The translations under genes and the position numbers were made by a program. This document shows, in pieces, positions 56,970 through 64,000 of a DNA stretch of 64,000 nucleotides. Within the stretch, counting starts at the first letter, position 1; every line of letters begins with the position of its first letter. Source of the stretch: Thermoproteota archaeon (lineage in GTDB: Archaea > Korarchaeota > Korarchaeia > Korarchaeales > Korarchaeaceae); the NCBI GenBank assembly GCA_027491915.1, contig JAOZGC010000002.1, positions 576,001 through 640,000 of the forward strand. The letters are read 5' to 3'. The notes under the pieces were generated by a model that was not told where the DNA came from, searched no databases, and saw only the letters and a list, made by a program, of their open reading frames with translations.

Positions 56970-58490
56970 ATGCGCCCGCTGAGGTTGAGGGTGGCCGGGC
57001 CCGCCCTCCCGTCCGGGGCCAGGCTCCTAGTGGTCGACCCGGGGGAGGCGGCCGCCGCCGGGCTCAGGTCCTACGATAGGGTCAGGGTCAGACTCGGGGG
57101 GAGGTCGGCCGCCGCCCTCCTGGCCGCCGTGGGCGGGATCGTGGGGCCGGGGGAGGCGGCCGCCTCCCTGGAGCTGGCCGAGGCCCTCGGGCTCCGGGGC
57201 GGGGAGGAAGTGGAGGTCACGCTGGCAGGCGTTCCCCCCTCCTACGGGGCCATAAGGAGGAAGATGAGGGGCGAGAGCCTCTCCCCCGATGAGATAAGGT
57301 CGGTGGTCGAGGACGTCGCGGGGTACTCCCTGGGGGAGCTCGAGGTGGCGGCCTTCCTCCTGGCCCAGGAGATGAGGGGGATGACGCCGGAGGAGGTGAG
57401 GGCCCTGACGGCGGCCATGGTCGAGGTCGGCGGCAGGATAGACTTCGGCAGGCCCGTTTACGAGAAGCACTCGATAGGCGGGGTGCCGGGGAACAAGGTC
57501 AGCCTGCTGGTAGTGCCCATAGTGGCCTCCGCCGGGGTCTTCATACCGAAGACCAGCAGCCGGGCCATAACCAGCCCCTCGGGGACTGCCGACACCATGG
57601 AGGTCCTCGCCCCCGTCGAGTTCTCCCCGGAGGAGTTCAGGGAGGTCGCCCTGAGGGCGGGCGGGGCTATAGTGTGGAACGGCGGCCTGCGCCTCTCCCC
57701 GGTGAGCGAGGTATTCGCCAGGGTGGGGCGCAGGCTTGAGATAGATCCGCCCAGCCAGATGATGGCCAGCATCCTGTCGGAGAAGCTGGCCGTCGGGACG
57801 CACGGGATGGTGCTGGACATACCGGTCGGCAGGGGGGCGAAGGTGGAGACCCTGGCCGAGGCCGAGTCCCTGGCCTCCAGGTTCCTGGAGCTGGGGAGGG
57901 CCTTCGGCGTCAGGATCCAGTGCGCCGTCACCTACGGGGGACAGCCGGTGGGCCACGCCGTGGGCCCGGCCCTGGAGGCCAGAGAGGCCCTGGAGGCCCT
58001 GTCCGGCAGGGGGCCGGCCAGCCTCACGGAGAAGTCCACCGGCCTGGCAGGGATGCTGCTGGAGCTGGCTGGGGCGGCCCCCAGGGGCGGAGGGAAGGCG
58101 GCGGCAGAGGCCGCCCTTGAGTCCGGGAGGGCCGAGAGGAAGCTCAGGGAGATCGTGGACGCCCAGGGCGGCGACCCCTCCGTCGGGCCCGAGGACGTCC
58201 CCGTGGGGGAGAAGTCGACCGAGGTCAGGTCCACCGCTGACGGCTACGTCACCAGGGTCTACAACTCAGCCGTCGCGGCCGTGGCCAGGGCGGCCGGGGC
58301 CCCGGAGGAGAAGGGGGCCGGCGTCCTGCTGCACGCCAAGCAGGGGTACAAGGTCAGGAGGGGGGACGTCCTCTTCGAGATCTACGCAGAGAGGGAGTCC
58401 AGGCTCACCGAGGCCCTGGCCCTCGCCTCCGAGCTGAGGCCCGTGATGGTGGAGGGGATGCTCCTCAGGAGGATCCCGGACTACGCCTGA
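56970..58490 (+). CDS. deoA: AMP phosphorylase (archaeal thymidine phosphorylase family)
   Basis: N-terminal double-psi-barrel extension; KHSIGGVPGNK, PKTSSRAITSPSGTADTMEVLA, DIPVGRGAK. Confidence 0.93.
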   Translation: MRPLRLRVAGPALPSGARLLVVDPGEAAAAGLRSYDRVRVRLGGRSAAALLAAVGGIVGPGEAAASLELAEALGLRGGEEVEVTLAGVPPSYGAIRRKMRGESLSPDEIRSVVEDVAGYSLGELEVAAFLLAQEMRGMTPEEVRALTAAMVEVGGRIDFGRPVYEKHSIGGVPGNKVSLLVVPIVASAGVFIPKTSSRAITSPSGTADTMEVLAPVEFSPEEFREVALRAGGAIVWNGGLRLSPVSEVFARVGRRLEIDPPSQMMASILSEKLAVGTHGMVLDIPVGRGAKVETLAEAESLASRFLELGRAFGVRIQCAVTYGGQPVGHAVGPALEAREALEALSGRGPASLTEKSTGLAGMLLELAGAAPRGGGKAAAEAALESGRAERKLREIVDAQGGDPSVGPEDVPVGEKSTEVRSTADGYVTRVYNSAVAAVARAAGAPEEKGAGVLLHAKQGYKVRRGDVLFEIYAERESRLTEALALASELRPVMVEGMLLRRIPDYA

Positions 58491-59245
58491 CGGGGAGGCC
58501 GGACCTCCCAGGGCGGGACCTCCCCCCTCCTGAGCAGGTGCTCCAGGGCGGCCTCGGCCCACCCCTCCAGCCCCAGGGACCTTACCCTCCCGACCGCCGC
58601 CTCCACATCGTACCGCACCCGGCCCAGCCTGATCCCCCCTCCCTCCTCCAGCACGGCGTAGGAGGCCCGCGGGTCGCCGTCCCTGGGCTGCCCGACCGAC
58701 CCAGGGTTCACGACCCGGGTCCCGCCGACCTCCCTGTCCATCGGGCGGTGGGTGTGGCCCAGCAGGACCAGGTCCGCCGACACCCTCCTGGGCCCGGAGA
58801 TCCCCGCCTCAACGAGCTCGGCCTCCAGCTCGGACTCGGACGCGGCTGGCATGACGTAGCCGTGGAGCGGATCCCGGGGGGAGGCGTGCACGGCGTACGC
58901 GGCCGCGCCTCCCAGGTCCAGCTCCGCCCTCCTGGGCAGGGAGCCCAGCCAGTCCAGGTCCCCCCTCGAGAGGGCGGGCAGGGTGATCTCCCGCCTCGTG
59001 TACTCGCTCAGAGGCCTGAGCTCCTCGGCGCACCCGCACCCCACCCCGAAGGCCGCCGCGGCGTCGTGGTTCCCCATTACGGCCACGTCGGCCGAGGACC
59101 TGAGCGCGTCGACCGCCTCCCCCGGGTCTGGACCGTAGTCCACCGCGTCCCCCAGGAAGACGACCAGGTCTGCCTCCGCCGAGTTGAGCACGGCCCTCAG
59201 GGCCTCCGCGTTGGCGTGGACGTCGGACAGCACCAGGACCCTCAC
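58481..59245 (-). CDS. Calcineurin-like metallophosphoesterase
   Basis: SDVHAN, LGDAVDYG, GNHD, GHTH, NPGSVGQPRDGD. Confidence 0.92.
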   Translation of the reverse strand: MRVLVLSDVHANAEALRAVLNSAEADLVVFLGDAVDYGPDPGEAVDALRSSADVAVMGNHDAAAAFGVGCGCAEELRPLSEYTRREITLPALSRGDLDWLGSLPRRAELDLGGAAAYAVHASPRDPLHGYVMPAASESELEAELVEAGISGPRRVSADLVLLGHTHRPMDREVGGTRVVNPGSVGQPRDGDPRASYAVLEEGGGIRLGRVRYDVEAAVGRVRSLGLEGWAEAALEHLLRRGEVPPWEVRPPRQA

Positions 59246-59383
59246 GCGCCCGCCGGGACCCCTGCCCGTATAAGAGGCCGCCCGGCCGGGGCGCCCCGAG
59301 ACCCCGGCCCCCGGCCGCGCCGGCGGGTCGACCCCCGTCGACCCTTTTATAGCCCGGGACCCTCCCAATCTTTGGTGGGAACC

Positions 59384-59620
59384 ATGGAGGTCGTGGGAAG
59401 GTTGGACGCGCGGGGCAGGCTGACCATACCCAAGGAGATTAGGGAGGAGGCCAGGCTCGGAGACCTGGTCAGGATCAGGCTGGAGGGCGGCAGGGTGGTG
59501 ATAGAGCCCCTGGAGGCCAGGCCGATCAGGAGGGCCAGGTTCAAGGTCACCTCCCTGGACCTACCCAGGGTGAGGCGGGAGCTGACGGAACTTGCCGAGG
59601 ACCTCGCCGGCTCTGGCTGA
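59384..59620 (+). CDS. AbrB/MazE-fold antitoxin (VapB-like)
   Basis: LDARGRLTIPKEIRE. Confidence 0.88.
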   Translation: MEVVGRLDARGRLTIPKEIREEARLGDLVRIRLEGGRVVIEPLEARPIRRARFKVTSLDLPRVRRELTELAEDLAGSG

Positions 59621-60008
59621 GACGGACTTCCTTATAGCCCTCCTGAACGAGGCGGATCCGCTGCACGGGGCCGCGCTCAGGGCCTGCGGCAGGTTCCGCC
59701 TGATCCTCTCCCCCTACAGCCTGGTCGAGCTGGACCTGCTGGTCCTGTCCGGGAGGATAGAGGTGGACGACCCGGCCGAGTTCTCGCGAGACGTGATCCG
59801 CGAGCTCCGGGTGAGGAGGATCTCCACCGCCCCGGCGAGGCCGGAGGTCCACGCCAGGGCCTGGGAGCTGAGGGAGGGCGGGGGAGGCGCCGGGTACTTC
59901 GACAGCCTGCACAGGGCGCTGGCCGAGGTCGAGGGCCTGCCCCTGCTCAGCGCGGACGGGGCTCACTCGGGCTGCGGGGCGGGCTGGATAGACCTGCGCT
60001 CCGTCTGA
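59592..60008 (+). CDS. PIN-domain toxin (VapC-like)
   Basis: ETDFLIA, LVE, FDSLH and SAD acidic residues. Confidence 0.88.
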   Translation: MPRTSPALAETDFLIALLNEADPLHGAALRACGRFRLILSPYSLVELDLLVLSGRIEVDDPAEFSRDVIRELRVRRISTAPARPEVHARAWELREGGGGAGYFDSLHRALAEVEGLPLLSADGAHSGCGAGWIDLRSV

Positions 60009-60514
60009 TCACGCCCGGTGGCCCGCGCCCGAACCGTGGGATCGGCGCCCGGCCCGGCCTAGGCGGGGCCGGGAGGAACCTCCCCCTGGTTCGCATGAAC
60101 TCCTCGTACTCGCCTCCCCAGTACCCGAGGAGCCCTTCCTCCTCCAGCTCGGCCAACCTGTTCCAGAGGGGCAGCATCGACAAGTTCAGGATGATCCCCG
60201 GGATGCTCTCGAACAGGAGGGCCGCCCCGAACCCGATCATGATGAAGGCCGGGTAGAAGGGGTGCCTCACGTACCCGTAGGGTCCTCGGGTGAGGGGGCG
60301 GTCGAAGTCCTCCGGCCTGTCGTGCCTCTCCGGATAGAGGGAGTGGACGCGGAAGGCCAGGCAGGGCGGATCCGGCCGCCGCGAGGACGAGGACCGCGCG
60401 GGACGAGATCCCCGCGACCGTCCCCCCCACGGGGCTGAGCAGGATCGCGCAGGCCGGGATCAGCAGGCCGAAGAATATGGCGAACACCGCCCTCCGGAGC
60501 CCGGCCGACTCCAC
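59947..60514 (-). pseudogene. Frameshifted ICMT/PEMT-family membrane methyltransferase
   Basis: TM N-terminus joins GPYGYVRHPFY...EEEGLL...YEEF in another frame at about 60361; true 3' end uncertain. Confidence 0.7.
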
Positions 60515-60645
60515 CGACGGGGGGTGGGTTAGCCGCGGCCCTTAAACCCTAACTCCCCCTCCCCACCCCCGGCGCCGGGCGCGGACCCCGGGTCTCCACC
60601 ATTGGTCCCCAACCTCCATATACCCCCGGGCCCCCCACCGGCTCG

Positions 60646-63291
60646 ATGTGGGACCTCCGGGCGCTGGCGGCCGCGGCCGCGGCGATCCTCATCCTGTCGG
60701 CGTCCGCCGCCCCCCCGGAGCCCGCCCGCGGATCTCCCCCGCTCTCCCCGGTTCCGGACGGCGGGGCCCCGGGGGGCGGCCCGACCCGGGCGAGCCGGGG
60801 GCTGGTACCGATCCGGGTCAGGAACTGGCTCGACTTCGACAGGGTCGACGAGCCGGTCACCTCGGGGATCGCCCTCCCGGCGGGCGCCGCCTCGGACGAG
60901 GGGGAGATGAGGCTGCTCGACGGTTCCATGTCTGAGGTCCCGGCCCAGTTCAGGGTCCTGGCGAGGTGGCCCGACGGGAGCGTCAGGTGGGTCCTGGCGG
61001 ACTTCCAGTGCAGCGTGGGGGCCGGGTCCGAGGTCACCTACTACCTGGAGCTCGGGAGGGCCCCCTCAGGGTTCGACTCGCCCCTGCGGGTCGAGGATCG
61101 CGGGGACCGCCTGTGGGTCCACACCGGCCCCCTGTCCTTCGGGATCTCGAGGGGAGGCTTCCCACTGCTGGGTCCCTTCTACATGGACCTGGACGGGGAC
61201 GGATCCCCGGAGACCCTGGTCTCCGAGGGGGGAGACTTCGAGGTCACCGGGATCGACGGGGACAGGTTCCTGGCCGGCCCCGGGGTCGAGGAAGTCGGGG
61301 TGGAGGAGGCCGGTGGACTGAGGCTCTCCGTCGTGGTCCGGGGAACCCACGCGGGCCCTACCGGTCGGCTCCTGAACTACACCCTCAGGATAAACGCGTA
61401 CGCCCGTAAGAGCTACCTCAGGATCTACTACACCGAGGGAAACGACCTCCCCTGCCTGAACGACGGATCCGGTCAGCCGGACTGCCTGAAGCTCGGGTCC
61501 CCCAACGGGATCAGGTTCGAGGATCTCTCCCTGGAGCTCAACCTGACCTCGGCCGGCGGGGAACCGACCTTCTCCATCCCGGTGGAGGGGGGAGGGACGA
61601 TCTCCGGGCCGCTGCGGGGTTCGGCCCTCGTCTACCAGGACTCCAGCGGCGGCCGGGAGTGGGACAGGTGGCCCGGGGTAGCCTTCAGGGGGTACGAGGT
61701 GGTCGTCGACGGGAGGAGGCTGGGCGGCGGCTCGAGGGCGGAGGGGTGGGCCGACCTCTCCCTCCGGGACTTCGGCCTCACGGTCGGGGAGAGGTACTTC
61801 TGGGAGAACTTCCCGGGGGCCATCGAGTTGACCGGGGACGGGACCGTCCGCCTGGGGCTGATGCCGGGCCACTTCTCGCTGCCGTTCGAGCACAGGGCCG
61901 GCGAGCGCAAGACCCACGAGATCTTCCTCTACTTCCACGGGGGGCCCTTCGACGGGTCCGACGCCGAGGTGGCCAGGGCCCTCTCGGACCCCCTGCAGGC
62001 CCGGGGGCCGGCCGACCTGTACCTGCGGTTCGGCCTCTACGAGAGGTGGTTCCCGGCGGACCCGTCCAACCCGAGGCTCCTCGACTACGAGCTCAACAAC
62101 CTGGCCGCCGTGGCCGGATCCTCGGGCCCCTACGCGGCCAACCTCTTCGACGCCAGGGAGAGGGCCGACTTCTACGGGTGGATGAACTTCGGGGACGTGC
62201 CGATCCTGGACGAGGACGGGGGGACGGGCCAGATGAACCTGCAGTACGACTTCGAGTACGGGATGCTGGTCCAGAGCCTCAGGCTCCTCGGGGTGGACGA
62301 CCAGAACTCCAGGAGGTGGTGGCTCCTGGGGGAGCAGGCGGCCAGGCACACGGCCGACCTGGACGTGCTCCACGTCCACCGGGGCGACCCCTCCCAGCCC
62401 TCTTCCTACTGGATCAGGTGGTGCTGGGGGGGCATGTTCTGGCACACCCCCCACGGGGAGGACGGGCTGGACAGGCCCCACAGGGGGGCTTCTCCGAGCC
62501 TGGAGTTCCAGTTCGTCAGGGGGCTCTTCCTCTACTACTACCTGTCCGGGTACCGGCCGGCGTGGGACGCCGCCATCGAGGTCTCGGAGAACACCTACTG
62601 GAGGGTGGTCAACGGTCCCGGGGAGCCCGGGTACAGCGGGACCGAGGGGGACGAGGCGCGCGCCCCGGCCAACGCCCTGCGGATACTCCTGGCGGCCTAC
62701 CAGGCGACCTGGGATGGGAGGTTCCTGGAGGCCGCGAGGAGGGTGGTGCGGGAGTCCGACTTCCGCCGGAGGTGGTACCGGAGGGGGCCCTCGCCCGACC
62801 GCGCCGGCAGGTCCGTCGCCCCGTGGCAGCAGGCCATGCTCATGGTGTCCCTGGGGGAGTACCTGGACCTGATCCGGGAGGTCGGGGGCGAGGTGGACGG
62901 GGAGGCCAGGTCCTCCCTCCTGGGCTACGCGGACTGGATGCTCAGGTACGCCTACCACCCCTCGGGGGACGACGCCTTCTCCGGGCCACACTTCGTCTAC
63001 AGGTGGTGGGGAGACGGCAGGGTCAGCGACTGGTCCCCCGGGGGAGGGGCCAACGCCTGGATGCTCGTCATCAGCGACGCCTTCGCCTACGCCTGGAGGT
63101 ACTCCGGCAACCTGACATACCTGAGGGTCGCGGCCCAGCAGTTCAGGGACGGCTCCCGGTGGTTCTGGTACGAGGGGAACCCGGTGGGGGAGTTCGCCAC
63201 CGGGAAGCAGCACGCGATACTCTCGACCAGCGGCTTCATGTTCGGGCGCATGGTGGCCTCGACCCCGGCCCCGGGGGCCCGGGGCCGGTGA
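60646..63291 (+). CDS. Secreted YetA/PcRGLX-like (exo-rhamnogalacturonan lyase-like) protein
   Basis: Signal peptide; EPVTSGIALP...PAQFRVLARWPDGSVRW N-terminal barrel; YGWMNFGD; aromatic-rich alpha/alpha barrel. Confidence 0.75.
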   Translation: MWDLRALAAAAAAILILSASAAPPEPARGSPPLSPVPDGGAPGGGPTRASRGLVPIRVRNWLDFDRVDEPVTSGIALPAGAASDEGEMRLLDGSMSEVPAQFRVLARWPDGSVRWVLADFQCSVGAGSEVTYYLELGRAPSGFDSPLRVEDRGDRLWVHTGPLSFGISRGGFPLLGPFYMDLDGDGSPETLVSEGGDFEVTGIDGDRFLAGPGVEEVGVEEAGGLRLSVVVRGTHAGPTGRLLNYTLRINAYARKSYLRIYYTEGNDLPCLNDGSGQPDCLKLGSPNGIRFEDLSLELNLTSAGGEPTFSIPVEGGGTISGPLRGSALVYQDSSGGREWDRWPGVAFRGYEVVVDGRRLGGGSRAEGWADLSLRDFGLTVGERYFWENFPGAIELTGDGTVRLGLMPGHFSLPFEHRAGERKTHEIFLYFHGGPFDGSDAEVARALSDPLQARGPADLYLRFGLYERWFPADPSNPRLLDYELNNLAAVAGSSGPYAANLFDARERADFYGWMNFGDVPILDEDGGTGQMNLQYDFEYGMLVQSLRLLGVDDQNSRRWWLLGEQAARHTADLDVLHVHRGDPSQPSSYWIRWCWGGMFWHTPHGEDGLDRPHRGASPSLEFQFVRGLFLYYYLSGYRPAWDAAIEVSENTYWRVVNGPGEPGYSGTEGDEARAPANALRILLAAYQATWDGRFLEAARRVVRESDFRRRWYRRGPSPDRAGRSVAPWQQAMLMVSLGEYLDLIREVGGEVDGEARSSLLGYADWMLRYAYHPSGDDAFSGPHFVYRWWGDGRVSDWSPGGGANAWMLVISDAFAYAWRYSGNLTYLRVAAQQFRDGSRWFWYEGNPVGEFATGKQHAILSTSGFMFGRMVASTPAPGARGR

Positions 63292-63497
63292 GGGGCCCGA
63301 CCGCCCGCGCCGGGAGGGTGGCGGCCCCGATCCCGCGGTCGGCGGGGGGAGGAGCCCGGGGGATCGCCGCGGCCGTCCGCACCGGGACTCGGGCCGGGGC
63401 CGGCCGGGCGCGAGGCGGGGAGGTGGGCTGGGAGCCGGGGAAGGGGCTCGGGGAGGGCCCGACCCCGGGGCCCCCTCGACCGCCGCCCCGCGAGTTC

Positions 63498-63791
63498 TCA
63501 GCCTGGTCGGGGCCGCCGGGTCCAGACCGTCGACCCCCTGACCCTGATCTCCACGATCCTGTGCATGGGGATCACCGTGCCCCCCGGCAGGAGGATCCTG
63601 TCAGCCGCGACCCTCACCTCGTCCCCCCTGATGGTCTCCAGGCCCGTCTCGGTCCCCCTGGACTCGAACACTATCTCGTAGTCCCCGGGTCTCTCTCCGG
63701 GCTTCCAGAGCATGGCGCTCAGGATCTCCCTTATCTCCCCCTTGCCCTTTCCCCTCCCCCCGGCCCCACCCCTCCTCCGGACCATCCCCAT
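63498..63791 (-). CDS. DUF504/MJ1316-family RNA repair domain protein
   Basis: IREILSAMLW...IPMHRIVEI...TVW. Confidence 0.8.
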   Translation of the reverse strand: MGMVRRRGGAGGRGKGKGEIREILSAMLWKPGERPGDYEIVFESRGTETGLETIRGDEVRVAADRILLPGGTVIPMHRIVEIRVRGSTVWTRRPRPG

Positions 63792-64000
63792 CCACCTCAG
63801 GCCGCCGGTCACCCGGCCCTGAGCCCGACCAACGCCCCGGCCAGGACCCCCCCGACCAGGGGGATGCCGGACGAGCTCAGCGCGGACCAGACGTCGCCTC
63901 CTCTCCCGGAGAGCCACCCCACCAGCTCCCCCAACCCGGAGGCAGCCCCCTCCGCGAGGGACTCCAGGGCGCCCGGCCTGAACTCGATCAGGCCCGCCCA

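Noticed and set aside
83-63213. Many long antisense or alternate-frame ORFs (e.g. 47011..49461, 61066..63213, 24735..26822, 7315..8820)
   Set aside because: G/P/R-rich shadow ORFs expected at this GC content; each overlaps a motif-supported gene
63800-64000. Possible 3' end of a minus-strand gene at the window edge
   Set aside because: Truncated, with no recognisable motif
1-64000. tRNA, rRNA, integrase, transposase or cas genes
   Set aside because: None recognised by eye; a covariance-model scan would be needed to exclude small RNAs

Overview
64 kb of very GC-rich (roughly 70% by eye) archaeal chromosome. The assignment rests on AGG/ATA codon use, TATA-like AT islands just upstream of near-leaderless starts, and archaeal gene families (AMP phosphorylase, CydAA', SmsCB/SufCB, neelaredoxin, DUF504). 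Routine content: oxygen defence (flavodiiron protein, CydAA' bd-type oxidase, superoxide reductase, rubredoxin), Fe-S genes, transporters, two m4C-type methyltransferases (one broken) and about seven toxin-antitoxin-like pairs. Highlights: (1) a five-gene minus-strand cell-surface locus (17.5-31.8 kb) built around a 3204-aa protein that carries, in swapped order, both halves of the neighbouring 728-aa protein and ends in a TM helix plus a cytoplasmic PIN-like domain, followed by two membrane-tethered HTH proteins; (2) an orphan 37-35-37 bp repeat-spacer-repeat unit of CRISPR geometry at 40.3 kb with no cas genes in the window, about 1.5 kb from an AEP primase-like fusion gene; (3) an MFS-DUF47 fusion, a shared S-layer-type C-terminal anchor on two secreted proteins, and a candidate structured RNA. 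Several genes carry small frameshifts that could be decay or long-read error. All calls come from motif reading; no searches were run.
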